NCBI GenBank assembly: GCA_026989175.1
Contig: JALSJT010000175.1
Location: 1-46,397 of the forward strand
Direction of reading: 5' to 3'
Source of the DNA: Thiomicrorhabdus sp.
GTDB taxonomy: Bacteria > Pseudomonadota > Gammaproteobacteria > Thiomicrospirales > Thiomicrospiraceae
Length of the DNA stretch: 46,397 nucleotides
The position numbers and the translations under genes were made by a program. Numbering within the stretch: the stretch's first letter is position 1; each line of letters starts with the position of its first letter. Shown here one piece after another: positions 20,865 to 36,243 of the stretch. The notes below the pieces were generated by a model, which worked only from the letters and a program-made list of their open reading frames with translations, ran no database searches and had not been told where the DNA came from.

Positions 20865-21908
20865 ATGGTTTATATTTCTAATAATAATTCTTCCCCCCTC
20901 TCATCCACTATTAATAGCTTAAACAGCCCACAGCCTAAAAACAGCACCTTACAGGTTGGACAAATTCTCAATGCAAGCATCAAACCCCTCCAAGGAAATC
21001 AAGTTCAAATTACTATAGGAGCACAAACACTTCTTGCCACCAGTAAAGAAACATCACTACCAACTGGAAATGTACCAGTGCAAGTAAAACAGACACACCC
21101 TTCGATTGTTCTCTCCATCATGACAACGAATCCATCCTCTTTAAACAATCAAACGCAACTCACGCTCCAAGCGGTCTACCGACAACTCATGCCCGCTCAA
21201 ATAAATGTTTCGCAAGCATTTCAGCAAATAAGTCTACTGCAAACGCTGCCCCCCGCATTACTCACGCCCATTAATCAATTATTAGATCAAATGCTTAAAG
21301 CAGGCGCGCCTATGTCAGGAAAAGAGCTCAAAAACCGACTGGAACAGAGCGGACTTTTTTTTGAGTCCAAACTCAAAGGCAGTGAACAACCAAATGTAAA
21401 GCATGATCTCAAAGCACAATTGCTAAAGTTAGAACAACAAACCAACACACATGCGATTAAAAACCCCACATCACAATTAACACAACTTGCGAGCATCCTG
21501 ACACAAACCATCAATCGCTTGACCGTTCAACAACTTCAACTTTTTGAAAATCCAACGGTTACCCCTTTAGAACTGCCCTTTCATTATGATAAGCGTATTC
21601 ATAAAAACACGATTGAAGTTCGACAAAGCCAACACACCTCCCCGACCTCTTGGGAGGTCTTAATGGACATTGATTTAGAGCAAGGAGAGCTTTCTACAAA
21701 GTTACTCATGAACCCAAAAGGGGAGATCAATTGCTTTTTTTGGTGTGAAACGAATGGGTTAGAAGTTTTAATAAAGGAACAGCTACAAACATTAACGCAA
21801 CAATTTTTAGACCATGAACTCCCTATAAAAAGCATTCAAATTGTGCCTCAAAAACCCGTAAAAACAACACAAAGTACTCAAGTTGCATTGATTGATATTC
21901 ACATTTAA
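20865..21908 (+). CDS. FliK-like (flagellar hook-length control family) protein; start uncertain (20844-20865)
   Basis: Q/S/T/P-rich; LEQSGLFFESKL...DLKAQLL motif; FliK-C-like end (LIDIHI); FlhB-C-like gene nearby. Confidence 0.65.
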   Translation: MVYISNNNSSPLSSTINSLNSPQPKNSTLQVGQILNASIKPLQGNQVQITIGAQTLLATSKETSLPTGNVPVQVKQTHPSIVLSIMTTNPSSLNNQTQLTLQAVYRQLMPAQINVSQAFQQISLLQTLPPALLTPINQLLDQMLKAGAPMSGKELKNRLEQSGLFFESKLKGSEQPNVKHDLKAQLLKLEQQTNTHAIKNPTSQLTQLASILTQTINRLTVQQLQLFENPTVTPLELPFHYDKRIHKNTIEVRQSQHTSPTSWEVLMDIDLEQGELSTKLLMNPKGEINCFFWCETNGLEVLIKEQLQTLTQQFLDHELPIKSIQIVPQKPVKTTQSTQVALIDIHI

Positions 21909-22051
21909 CCTCAACCTTTAACGCTAAAAACATAGGAATATAAAAAAATACCCCCTTTTTTAATCAATTTCAGCCACTAGGGCTAGACCTTTTTGAATGA
22001 ATCGGTTAATTTAGAAACTCATCCTGACAATGATAGAAGAGACGTCTACCA

Positions 22052-22573
22052 ATGGAAAAAAACCTAGATTCCATCCAAGAACAAATTGATCAGCAGAATG
22101 GTGATAACGATCAAGTATTAAGTTTTATATTGGGATCGGAAGAGTATGGCGTCGATATATTAAGAGTCCAAGAAATAAAAGGGTGGGAAAAAACAACTCC
22201 AATCCCAAACACCCCTAAATACGTTATGGGCGTCATTAACCTTCGTGGTGCGGTGGTTCCAATTATTGATCTTCGCATCCGTTTTGGCTTGGAAGAAATG
22301 ACTTACGATGATACAACCGTTGTTATTATTGTCAGATCCGAAGACAGTGCTGGCGCTCAAAAAATCATTGGCTTAGTGGTTGATGGCGTTTCAGATGTTT
22401 ATGCTATTCAACCAAAAGACTTACAAGTTGCACCCGACATGTCTGGAAGAGTACAATCGGATTATATTCGAGGGTTAGCGACGATTAATGAAAAACTAAT
22501 TATTATTCTGCACGTTGATCCATTAATAAATGACGGTATTCTAGCCAGTATCAAAAAAGCGCTGAATATATAG
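22052..22573 (+). CDS. cheW: Chemotaxis coupling protein CheW
   Basis: EEYGVDILRVQEIKG, GVINLRGAVVPIIDLR, GLVVDGVSDV. Confidence 0.95.
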   Translation: MEKNLDSIQEQIDQQNGDNDQVLSFILGSEEYGVDILRVQEIKGWEKTTPIPNTPKYVMGVINLRGAVVPIIDLRIRFGLEEMTYDDTTVVIIVRSEDSAGAQKIIGLVVDGVSDVYAIQPKDLQVAPDMSGRVQSDYIRGLATINEKLIIILHVDPLINDGILASIKKALNI

Positions 22574-22667
22574 CCTAATACTTATATCTAATCCATATAC
22601 TTTATTGAATAATACATTACAATATTGCCAACAATAACTTACAAGCATAAAATAGTGAGAAGATAAG

Positions 22668-23027
22668 ATGCCAAAAATCTTAGCCGTAGATGATTCTAAA
22701 TCAATGAGACAAATGGTAAGCATGTCCTTAAAATCTGCTGGACATGATGTGACCGAAGCAGAAGATGGTGCGGTCGCATTAGCCATTGCGCAAAAAGAGC
22801 AGTTTGATTTAGTGGTAACGGATATCAATATGCCAAATATGAATGGTATTGAACTCGTTACAGCGCTTAGAGCAATGCCAAACTATAAGTTTACTCCCCT
22901 ACTCTGCCTTACGACAGAGTCTTCAGGCGACATGAAAGCCAAAGGAAAAGCAGCGGGTGCAACAGGCTGGATCGTCAAGCCTTTCAGCCCTGAAAAACTA
23001 TTATCCGTTATTAGTCGAGTGCTATAA
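22668..23027 (+). CDS. cheY: Single-domain response regulator, CheY-like
   Basis: VDDS, TDINMPNMNG, LTTE, GATGWIVKPF. Confidence 0.9.
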   Translation: MPKILAVDDSKSMRQMVSMSLKSAGHDVTEAEDGAVALAIAQKEQFDLVVTDINMPNMNGIELVTALRAMPNYKFTPLLCLTTESSGDMKAKGKAAGATGWIVKPFSPEKLLSVISRVL

Positions 23028-23070
23028 CTTCTAAAAAACTTGAATAAAGTTTAAATACAAGGAAATGATT

Positions 23071-23346
23071 ATGAGCACTGAAATTAAACTTCCTGAAAAC
23101 TTAACCATTCATCACATTGATAATCATTTTAATGAACTCAATAAACTATTTGATGGCGCTGAAAATGAAATCACCATTGAAGCCTCTGCAGTTGAAACCA
23201 TTGACAGTGCTGGACTACAAACCCTTCTTGTCTTAATAAAGAATAGCTTGGATAGTGATAAAAAAATTTCGTGGGAAAATACACCCGATATTCTACAAAG
23301 TAGCTCAGATAAACTCGGCTTATCTGAAGCGCTTTTATTATCCTAA
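23071..23346 (+). CDS. STAS domain protein
   Basis: VETIDSAGLQTL motif; follows cheY; AAGGA SD favours the second ATG. Confidence 0.85.
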   Translation: MSTEIKLPENLTIHHIDNHFNELNKLFDGAENEITIEASAVETIDSAGLQTLLVLIKNSLDSDKKISWENTPDILQSSSDKLGLSEALLLS

Positions 23347-23462
23347 TACTCACTTACACAAACCTTTTTCTGTAGAGGTTTGTTGAAGACTCTCCTGCAT
23401 AAATTTTTAGCATTTCCTAGTTAAATCTTATTACCTTACCGCTATATAAGAGATTCAAAAGC

Positions 23463-23741
23463 ATGAATCAACTACCTAAAACGCTTGCTGATAAAGTGGC
23501 TGTCTCTATTGAATACCAAGGAACAGATGCACCGAAAGTGACGGCGAAAGGAAAAGGCTATATCGCAGATGAGATTATCCAAAAAGCCAAAGAGCTCGGC
23601 ATTCCAATCCAAGAAGATCCCGCACTGGTAGGTCTGTTAAGTCAAGTAGAGCTTAACCATGAAATTCCCGAAGAGCTGTACGAAGCCATTGTACAAGTAT
23701 TAATTTTTGCTTATCAAGTCAGCGGAAAAAAATTACCGTAA
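23463..23741 (+). CDS. Stand-alone FlhB C-terminal-like (EscU/YscU/HrcU) protein
   Basis: APKVTAKGKG..A.EII..AKE.GIPI.ED..L...EIPEELY. Confidence 0.9.
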   Translation: MNQLPKTLADKVAVSIEYQGTDAPKVTAKGKGYIADEIIQKAKELGIPIQEDPALVGLLSQVELNHEIPEELYEAIVQVLIFAYQVSGKKLP

Positions 23742-23780
23742 ACAGAAAATACAAAAGTAGGAAGTGGAATAAAGTAGAAA

Positions 23781-23857
<77 letters not shown>

Positions 23858-23966
23858 AAAAAGAACGGACTCAGAAATGAGTCAGGCGGTATTATAACCT
23901 TAATTTTTTTGAATAAAAGCCCTAAATACAAAATATAAGCTTTCTATTAGATGTTTAACCATTCGC

Positions 23967-24362
23967 TTAAAACCGCGTCTGAATATACGACCTAAACTCT
24001 TGTAACTCTTGCTGTATTAACTGCAAAACAGCAACCGCCTTGCTCTGCTCAGAACACGCACTTCTCTCTTCAATAGGCGTCGATTTTTGTACAAGCTTTG
24101 CTTTTGCACCTTGGATCGTAAACCCTTGATCATGCAACAAGCTTTTAATTTCTAAAACCAGTTCAAGATCTGCTCGTTGATAATAACGCCGTCCTCGACG
24201 CTTACTAGGCTCAAGCTGAGGAAAAACTTGTTCCCAGTAACGTAATACATGCGATTTTAACTGACAAATTTTAGCCACTTCACCAATGGTAAAATACTTT
24301 TTATCTGGCAGCTCGGTTAACGGCTGCGCAATAGATTCTGAACTCTGATTAAGATTTGCCAT
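23967..24362 (-). CDS. MerR-family transcriptional regulator (ihfA-linked)
   Basis: YFTIGEVA...HVLRYWE...RRYY...GFTIQGA. Confidence 0.9.
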   Translation of the reverse strand: MANLNQSSESIAQPLTELPDKKYFTIGEVAKICQLKSHVLRYWEQVFPQLEPSKRRGRRYYQRADLELVLEIKSLLHDQGFTIQGAKAKLVQKSTPIEERSACSEQSKAVAVLQLIQQELQEFRSYIQTRF

Positions 24363-24642
24363 AGTTATCAATTTGTGCACGTAGTTTTTGTCCGGGCTTA
24401 AATGTTACCACTCTTCGAGCAGAAATAGGAACATCTTCTCCCGTTCTTGGGTTACGACCTGGACGTGATGCCTTATCTCGAAGCTCAAAATTACCAAAAC
24501 CAGACAATTTAATTTGCTCTCCAGAAATTAAAACCTCACTTAACTCTGTATAAAATTGTTCAACCAGCTCTTTTGATTCACGTTTATTAAAGCCAAACGT
24601 GTCTGATAAATTTTGTGCGATATCCGCTTTGGTTAATGCCAT
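24349..24642 (-). CDS. ihfA: Integration host factor alpha
   Basis: [27 protein letters not shown]. Confidence 0.97.
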   Translation of the reverse strand: MALTKADIAQNLSDTFGFNKRESKELVEQFYTELSEVLISGEQIKLSGFGNFELRDKASRPGRNPRTGEDVPISARRVVTFKPGQKLRAQIDNYGKS

Positions 24643-24682
24643 ATATACATCCTAACTGTGCTTTACTGTGTACAACCAACTG

Positions 24683-24713
24683 GTAACGATTTAGAAAAAA
24701 CCTAAACTGCTAC
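24683..24713. repeat. 31-bp collapsed palindrome, family 2
   Basis: GTAACGATTTAG-7 nt-CTAAACTGCTAC. Confidence 0.45.
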
Positions 24714-24746
24714 AAGTTTAAATACGCTATTCATGAATCGCTACAA

Positions 24747-27137
24747 CTACCTTAACTCAGCATTGACTGCTTGTTTTGCGGAAGCCAACACTTCTGAAAT
24801 AAGCGCATCCACCTCTTCATCTTGCAATGTACGATCTTGGTGTTGAATTTTTAAGGTCAGTGCAATACTTTTTTGTGTATTTTCAACACCTTGCCCCCGA
24901 TAAATATCAAATAGTTCAACTGCGTTAAGAATATCAGACTTCACAGCAACAATCGAATCGATCAACGCTTGAACCGCAATACTTTCATCTACAACAAATG
25001 CTAAATCTCGTTGAACTTCTGGGAATTTAGAAACCGCCTGAGCAACGGGTACTTGCATTGTCATAAGGGCATCTTGTCGAATTTGGAACAGATAAACCTT
25101 ACCACTCACTCCCATGGGTTTTACCAAAGAGGGGTGTAATTGCCCCATCATACCCACCTCTTTGCCATCTTTTACGATCGCAGCAGACTGACCTGGATGT
25201 AGAGATGGGTGCTCACACGGTTCAAAACGAATGTTTGCCAACTGATGACTCATACGAATCAAGGTTTCAACATCCCCTTTTAAATCAAAGAAATCAACCA
25301 AACGCTCTTCTTCATCCCAACCAGAAGCCGAAACGTTTCCTACAATAACTCCACCAAACATAGGAATTTGAGTCGCTCCCGTTGGGTCAGAGTCATTTTT
25401 ATAAAATACCAAACCACTTTCAAACAAACGAACACGAGATTGTTGACGATTTTGATTGTAAGCAACCGATTGCAATAAGCCAGAAAACAGGCTGGTACGC
25501 ATCGCTTTCATGTCATCTGAGATAGGGTTTTGCAACAGAACGTATGGTAATTCAGGTTCTAATAACTTCTGCTTCGCCTCTTCAACAAAACTGTAGGTAA
25601 TGACTTCATTGTAACCACGTTGTACCAGAGCGGTTTTCAATGCTAATAAGGACTGCTCAGACTCTGGCAACTCATTCAATGTCATCGGTGCCAACACGGG
25701 CGTTTCTGGCAAATTATTGTAGCCAAAAATTCGTCCAACTTCTTCAATCAAATCCATTTCAATCGCCATATCAAAACGATAACTTGGAGCTGTCATCTTC
25801 CAACCATCCTCTGTGGTTGAAATATCAAACCCTAATGATTCAAATATCTGCACAATTTTTGAATCTTCAATTTCAACTCCTAAACGACTCATAATCGACT
25901 TTCTACGCAATTCAATCACAGCAGGCTGTGGCAAATTCGATTTAGAAATAACCGCCTGAACCTCACTGACTACACCACCCGCAATCTCAGTAAACAGTTG
26001 CAATGCTCGGTTCAATGCCCGCTCAGGCAACATTGGGTCAACCCCACGTTCAAAACGGTGTGATGAGTCGGTATGCAAGCCATATTGACGTGCCTTTCCA
26101 GTAATCGCAAGCGGTGCAAAGTGTGCACATTCAAAAAAGAGTTTCGATGTTTTATCGGTGACCGAAGTAGGCAAGCCACCCATAATACCTGCGAGCGCAA
26201 TCACACCGGAATCATCGGCAATCACCAAGCTTTCCTCGTTTAAGGTCAGCACTTTATTATCCAGTGAGGTAAACGATTCTCCTGCTTGAGCCATTCGAAC
26301 TTGAATATCACCTTGCAACGTGTCTAAGTCAAATGCATGCATGGGTTGACCCAGCTCTAGTAACACATAATTGGTAATATCAACCACTAAATCAATGGTA
26401 CGCAATCCTGAACGTTGCAATTTTTGCACCATCCATAAAGGGGTCTTAGCCTTCTGATTAAATTCCGTTACCACACACCCTAAATACTTAGGACAGGCCG
26501 CAGGCTCTTTAACCTGAACGCCTTGAGAACACACACCAGAAGTCGCGATGGTTTCCAGCGTAAAAGGAACCTTAAAGGGCGCGCCACTGATGGCATGAAG
26601 GTCTCTTGCTAAGCCTTCAACACTTAAGCAGTCAGCACGGTTTGGTGTTAAATCTACATCAATTGTACGATCATTTAGATCTAAATACTCACGTACATCC
26701 ATACCAACAGGCGCATCTTCTGGCAAGACATAAAGGCCATCAACTCCATCATCCAGCAACCCAATTTCCGTTGCGCCACACAGCATACCGTGAGAAGGCA
26801 CACCACGTAGTTTGGCCTTTTTGATTTTAAAATCACTCGGTAACACAGCGCCTACTTTGGCACAGCAGGCTTTCATACCCACCACCACATTTTTAGCACC
26901 ACATACAATTTGAACCGGCTCGGTCTCTCCTACATCCACTTGAGTGATATTTAGCTTATCGGCATCTGGATGTTTCTCTACTGACAACACATGACCCACC
27001 ACCACATGGGTAAACTGTCCAGCAACCGCTTCGACACCATCCACCTCTAACCCAGCTAAACTTAATGCTTCCGTTAATGTATGAGTATCCCAATTTGGAT
27101 TAACCCACTCTCTTAACCAGTTTTCACTTACTTTCAT
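24747..27137 (-). CDS. pheT: Phenylalanyl-tRNA synthetase beta
   Basis: [30 protein letters not shown]-terminus. Confidence 0.97.
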   Translation of the reverse strand: MKVSENWLREWVNPNWDTHTLTEALSLAGLEVDGVEAVAGQFTHVVVGHVLSVEKHPDADKLNITQVDVGETEPVQIVCGAKNVVVGMKACCAKVGAVLPSDFKIKKAKLRGVPSHGMLCGATEIGLLDDGVDGLYVLPEDAPVGMDVREYLDLNDRTIDVDLTPNRADCLSVEGLARDLHAISGAPFKVPFTLETIATSGVCSQGVQVKEPAACPKYLGCVVTEFNQKAKTPLWMVQKLQRSGLRTIDLVVDITNYVLLELGQPMHAFDLDTLQGDIQVRMAQAGESFTSLDNKVLTLNEESLVIADDSGVIALAGIMGGLPTSVTDKTSKLFFECAHFAPLAITGKARQYGLHTDSSHRFERGVDPMLPERALNRALQLFTEIAGGVVSEVQAVISKSNLPQPAVIELRRKSIMSRLGVEIEDSKIVQIFESLGFDISTTEDGWKMTAPSYRFDMAIEMDLIEEVGRIFGYNNLPETPVLAPMTLNELPESEQSLLALKTALVQRGYNEVITYSFVEEAKQKLLEPELPYVLLQNPISDDMKAMRTSLFSGLLQSVAYNQNRQQSRVRLFESGLVFYKNDSDPTGATQIPMFGGVIVGNVSASGWDEEERLVDFFDLKGDVETLIRMSHQLANIRFEPCEHPSLHPGQSAAIVKDGKEVGMMGQLHPSLVKPMGVSGKVYLFQIRQDALMTMQVPVAQAVSKFPEVQRDLAFVVDESIAVQALIDSIVAVKSDILNAVELFDIYRGQGVENTQKSIALTLKIQHQDRTLQDEEVDALISEVLASAKQAVNAELR

Positions 27138-27160
27138 GCTATCTGTCTCACCGAATCAAA

Positions 27161-28171
<1,011 letters not shown>

Positions 28172-28269
28172 CTAAATAGGAAATGATAAGTATTAAACAT
28201 TTTATTCAATAAATAAAATCTTTAATAATCACCAAGAATGAGATGGGGATAAAGTATTGCCATTAAGCC

Positions 28270-28297
28270 AAAAAAATAGGGGACCAAAGCCCCCTAA
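28270..28297 (-). terminator. Intrinsic terminator after rplT
   Basis: Minus strand TAGGGGGC-tttg-GTCCCCTA followed by T7. Confidence 0.7.
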
Positions 28298-28331
28298 ATC
28301 AGAATCGGCTAGGTTTCCCTAGCAACACTTC

Positions 28332-28685
28332 TTACAATGCCGCTTTTGCCTTTTCAGCAATCGCTGAGAAAGCCGCTGCATCATGCACAGCAATGTCTGC
28401 TAAAACCTTACGGTCAATTGCAATTTCTGCTCTGTGTAAGCCGTTAATGAAACGACTGTAAGTCATGCCATTCATACGAGCTGCAGCGTTAATACGCGCA
28501 ATCCATAAACGACGGAATTGACGTTTTTTAGTACGACGATCACGGTAAGCATACTGACCCGCTTTAATAACCGCTTGCTTAGCAACACGAAAAACCTTAC
28601 TACGAGCTCCGTAATAACCTTTTGCTTGCTTTAATACTTTATTGTGTCTACGGCGTGCGACGACACCTCTTTTAACTCTTGCCAT
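28332..28685 (-). CDS. rplT: 50S ribosomal protein L20
   Basis: MARVKRGV...LWIARINAA. Confidence 0.98.
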   Translation of the reverse strand: MARVKRGVVARRRHNKVLKQAKGYYGARSKVFRVAKQAVIKAGQYAYRDRRTKKRQFRRLWIARINAAARMNGMTYSRFINGLHRAEIAIDRKVLADIAVHDAAAFSAIAEKAKAAL

Positions 28686-28699
28686 TTTTCAATCTCTCC

Positions 28700-28897
28700 T
28701 TAAGCGTACGGTAACATACGACGAACCATTGCCACATCATGATCATGGATCATGCTTCCTGAACGTAGCTGACGCTTACGTTTAGTCGACTTTTTGGTCA
28801 ATATATGACGAAGGTGAGATTGTTTGCATTTGAAACGACCTGAGCCTGTTTTTTTGAAGCGCTTTTTAGCACTACTATTTGTTTTCATCTTAGGCAT
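28700..28897 (-). CDS. rpmI: 50S ribosomal protein L35
   Basis: MPKMKT...AKKRFK...HILTKK. Confidence 0.98.
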   Translation of the reverse strand: MPKMKTNSSAKKRFKKTGSGRFKCKQSHLRHILTKKSTKRKRQLRSGSMIHDHDVAMVRRMLPYA

Positions 28898-29099
28898 AGC
28901 ATGAAACTCCGCATTTAAGCCACTCTAAATTAAGAGGACTTGGTTTTAAATAAGATCATTAACATCAATAATCTACTTCGGCACAACGAACAGCACTGAA
29001 GGAGCTGCACCAGTAATGTTTACTTCGCCACTTTTCAAAATAATTTGAAAAATGACGCCCTAGACATCCCGACTGTTGTTTAAGCAGTTTTAAATAAAA

Positions 29100-29654
29100 C
29101 TACTTCTTCTTTGTTGGAGCAACCATCATTTGCATTTGACGGCCTTCCATCTTCGGCATTTGTTCAATGGTCGCAACCTCTTGAATATCATCCCGAACAC
29201 GTTCCAACATCTTCAATCCCAGTTCCTTATGAGTGATCTCGCGTCCTCGAAACCAGATGGTTACTTTGACACGATCTCCATTAGCTAGGAATTTCATCAG
29301 GTTGCGTAGTTTGACCTGATAATCTCCCTCTTCAGTTCCTGGGCGAAACTTAACTTCTTTAAGCTGCACTTGCTTCTGTTTCTTCTTCGCTTCGTGCTTC
29401 TTTTTTTGTTGCTGGTAAAGGTACTTACCATAATCCATAATTTTACAAACAGGAGGATTTGCCTTCGCTGTAATTTCCACCAAATCCAGACCAAATTCCT
29501 GAGACTGCTCTAAAGCATCTTTAATGCTTACAACACCTAATGGCTCCCCATCAGGATCAATTAAACGTACTTCAGGTGATTTAATTGCACCATTAATTCT
29601 ATCTTTAGGTGCTTCAGGTTGTTGTGGTCGGCCGCGGCCTCTACGAATTGCGAT
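29100..29654 (-). CDS. infC: Translation initiation factor IF-3, non-canonical start (ATC at 29654; in-frame ATT at 29660 and 29648)
   Basis: Frame open upstream of the tracked ORF: AIRRGRG...RINGAI..PEVRLID...GLDLVE; GGAGG 8 nt before ATC. Confidence 0.93.
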   Translation of the reverse strand: MAIRRGRGRPQQPEAPKDRINGAIKSPEVRLIDPDGEPLGVVSIKDALEQSQEFGLDLVEITAKANPPVCKIMDYGKYLYQQQKKKHEAKKKQKQVQLKEVKFRPGTEEGDYQVKLRNLMKFLANGDRVKVTIWFRGREITHKELGLKMLERVRDDIQEVATIEQMPKMEGRQMQMMVAPTKKK

Positions 29655-29687
29655 AGCAATATCCTCCAGTTTATTAAAAAATTTTTG

Positions 29688-29718
29688 GTAACGACTCAGC
29701 TCACACCTGAATCATTAC
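29688..29718. repeat. 31-bp collapsed palindrome, family 2
   Basis: GTAACGACTCAG (identical to 1412-1423)-7 nt-CTGAATCATTAC. Confidence 0.55.
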
Positions 29719-29731
29719 AGTGTTTATCTAT

Positions 29732-31663
29732 TTAGTCTTCGTCGGTAACGCGACCTAATTTACTAATGTCGTTATTCAGTAAATCAACCAGCTCGGAATA
29801 GGTGTAACTTCCAAGGTTATTTCCACCTCGGGCACGCACATTTACCGTCCCGTTTTCCATCTCTTGGTCACCGACAACCAAAATATAAGGAACACGCTGC
29901 ATAGTATGCTCGCGAATTTTAAACCCTACCTTCTCATTTCTCAAGTCCGATTCGACTCTAAAGCCATGTTTTTTCAATTTTTTTGTCATTTTAGTCACAT
30001 ATTCGCCATGAACATCCGAAATTGAGGCAATTACACACTGAGTTGGTGCCAACCACGCCGGGAACTTTCCTTCATAATGCTCAATCAAAATACCCACGAA
30101 ACGTTCCAGTGAGCCTAAAATTGCTCGATGAATCATAACGGGATGATGTTTCTCATTATCCTGACCAACATACACGGCATTTAAACGTTCTGCCTGTGTC
30201 ATTGAAAAATCCAATTGAATCGTACCGCACTGCCAAACTCGTCCAATACAATCTTTCAATTGAAACTCAATCTTAGGGCCATAAAATGCACCCTCTCCTG
30301 GTTGCAGCTTATAATCCAACTCCGCTTCTTTTAACGTCTCTTCCAGTGCTTTTTCTGCTAAGTCCCAAACGTCATCCGATCCGACACGCTGCTCAGGGCG
30401 TGTCGAAAATTTAATCGCTATATTGTCAAAACCAAAATCGGCATAGGTTTCAAACACGAGATCAATACAGGCTTGCACTTCTTCTTTAATTTGTGCTTCT
30501 GTACAAAAAATATGAGCATCATCTTGGGTAAACGAACGTACACGCATGAGACCATGCAGTGTACCTGAGGGTTCATTACGATGCACCGTACCAAATTCTG
30601 CAATTCGAATCGGTAGATCACGATAGCTATGTAAATGGCGATTATATACTTGAATATGCCCTGGACAATTCATTGGCTTCACCGCATAATCACGGTTATC
30701 CGTCTCCGTGGTAAACATATTGTCTTTAAACTTATCCCAATGACCTGATTTCTCCCACAAAGAGCGATCCATAATCAACGGCGTACGAATCTCTTCATAA
30801 TCGTTCGCAACCAGCTGACCACGCATATACTCTTCTACCACACGATACAGCGTCGTTCCTTTTGGATGCCAAAATGCCATCCCTGGAGAGACCTCTTCTA
30901 AATGAAAGAGATCCAACGTTTTACCCAGCTTACGATGATCACGTTTTTCCGCTTCTTCCATCATAAGTAAATATTCTTTTAATGCGGGCTTACTTTCAAA
31001 CGCCACACCGTAAAGGCGTTGCAACATTTTGTTATCCGAATTTCCACGCCAATAAGCACCCGCAATATGCGTTAATTTAAGCGCCTTCACAAACCCCATG
31101 TTGGGTAAATGAGGCCCCACACACATGTCGACATACTCTTCATGAAAATAAAAACCAAATTCTGTTTCATCTGGTAAGTCTCGAATTAACTCAAGCTTAT
31201 ACGACTCGCCACGTTCAGAAAAAATAGCGTTCGCCTCATCACGAGACAGCATTTTTTTAATGACAGGGTATTTCGTTTTCGCCAGCGACAACATCCGCTT
31301 TTCAATTTTCTTTAAATCATCAGGGGTAATTTTATGCTCTAAATCAATATCATAATAAAACCCATTATCGATTACAGGACCAATGGCCATTTTGACATCA
31401 GGATACAGTTGCTTTAACGCATGCCCTAATAAATGCGCGCACGAATGGCGCATGATATGAACACCCTCTTCATCACGCATCGTAACAATTTCAAGCGTCG
31501 CATCCTCAGCAATTAAGTCACACGCATCAACGAGCTTTCCATTTACTCGCCCAGCAATCGTCGCTTTCGCCAATCCTGCCCCAATACTTTCTGCAACTTG
31601 CATTACAGAAACAGCTTCGTCAAATTTTTTGGTAGAACCATCGGGTAAAGTAATGATTGGCAT
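29732..31663 (-). CDS. thrS: Threonyl-tRNA synthetase
   Basis: TGS domain, [33 protein letters not shown]. Confidence 0.98.
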   Translation of the reverse strand: MPIITLPDGSTKKFDEAVSVMQVAESIGAGLAKATIAGRVNGKLVDACDLIAEDATLEIVTMRDEEGVHIMRHSCAHLLGHALKQLYPDVKMAIGPVIDNGFYYDIDLEHKITPDDLKKIEKRMLSLAKTKYPVIKKMLSRDEANAIFSERGESYKLELIRDLPDETEFGFYFHEEYVDMCVGPHLPNMGFVKALKLTHIAGAYWRGNSDNKMLQRLYGVAFESKPALKEYLLMMEEAEKRDHRKLGKTLDLFHLEEVSPGMAFWHPKGTTLYRVVEEYMRGQLVANDYEEIRTPLIMDRSLWEKSGHWDKFKDNMFTTETDNRDYAVKPMNCPGHIQVYNRHLHSYRDLPIRIAEFGTVHRNEPSGTLHGLMRVRSFTQDDAHIFCTEAQIKEEVQACIDLVFETYADFGFDNIAIKFSTRPEQRVGSDDVWDLAEKALEETLKEAELDYKLQPGEGAFYGPKIEFQLKDCIGRVWQCGTIQLDFSMTQAERLNAVYVGQDNEKHHPVMIHRAILGSLERFVGILIEHYEGKFPAWLAPTQCVIASISDVHGEYVTKMTKKLKKHGFRVESDLRNEKVGFKIREHTMQRVPYILVVGDQEMENGTVNVRARGGNNLGSYTYSELVDLLNNDISKLGRVTDED

Positions 31664-31945
31664 GAATTATTCTCTTCAAATAGTAAATTAAAATTTAGCC
31701 AAGCATTTTACCAGTTTCTGACAGCAGTCTAAAGAGGAATCAAAACTATTGTTAAGGACAAGCTTTGTGAATATACGAACGGTAACCATAATATCGCCAT
31801 CAAGAGCAAAGCATCCTAACTACACTTTAGTTTTACAGTAACAAGAGGTAGCCCCGAAGCCAAACCAACTAAGCTCATAAATATAAAACTTATACGCAGC
31901 TATTCACTTTTTCAAACACACGGTACAGGATGCTTAACTCACTCA

Positions 31946-32281
31946 TTATGGTGCATCCTCAACCACATCCTTCTTTTTAATACCCGATTGAGCCTCTAAT
32001 AAAGAAGGTTTTAATTCAATCACCTTAATAAACACCTCCTCTTTCTTAACCATCCCTAACGTCTGCCTTGCAATGGTTTCAAGAGAGGCGTGATCATTTT
32101 GCAGTGCTTTCACCTGCTGCGCTAATTTTGCATTCAGCAAACTCTGTGCTTCAAGGGAGGACTCTAAGGTTTTTAGCTGGTTCTGTAACGCAAAAAGCTC
32201 GCCAAGCCCTCCATCGGAGGACAATAAGCGAGCTTGTAAAATCAGAATTAAGATGACCAGTGCGATGTAAATTTTTTTCAC
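31946..32281 (-). CDS. ftsB: Cell division protein FtsB (septum formation initiator)
   Basis: N-terminal TM, coiled coil, ETIARQTLGMVK; follows eno. Confidence 0.88.
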   Translation of the reverse strand: MKKIYIALVILILILQARLLSSDGGLGELFALQNQLKTLESSLEAQSLLNAKLAQQVKALQNDHASLETIARQTLGMVKKEEVFIKVIELKPSLLEAQSGIKKKDVVEDAP

Positions 32282-32301
32282 ACGAGCCTCTCAAATAGAA
32301 T

Positions 32302-33597
<1,296 letters not shown>

Positions 33598-33668
33598 CTA
33601 TTTTCTTAATAATTTTTAAATATTTGGAGCGTATTTTACTATGAATTTATGACGCTAGGATGACAACT

Positions 33669-36139
<2,471 letters not shown>

Positions 36140-36209
36140 TTAACACACTTTTAAAAGGTTGAGATACCTCAGAAAAACCTGAGATTTCGAGTAATCAGAA
36201 TGGGAGGGA

Positions 36210-36238
36210 ATTATAGCCGAAAAGCTTTTTTTCAGCAA
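36210..36238 (-). promoter_or_regulatory. sigma70 promoter of pyrG-kdsA
   Basis: TTGCTG-17 bp-TATAAT followed by TCCCTCCCA. Confidence 0.55.
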
Positions 36239-36243
36239 TGTAA

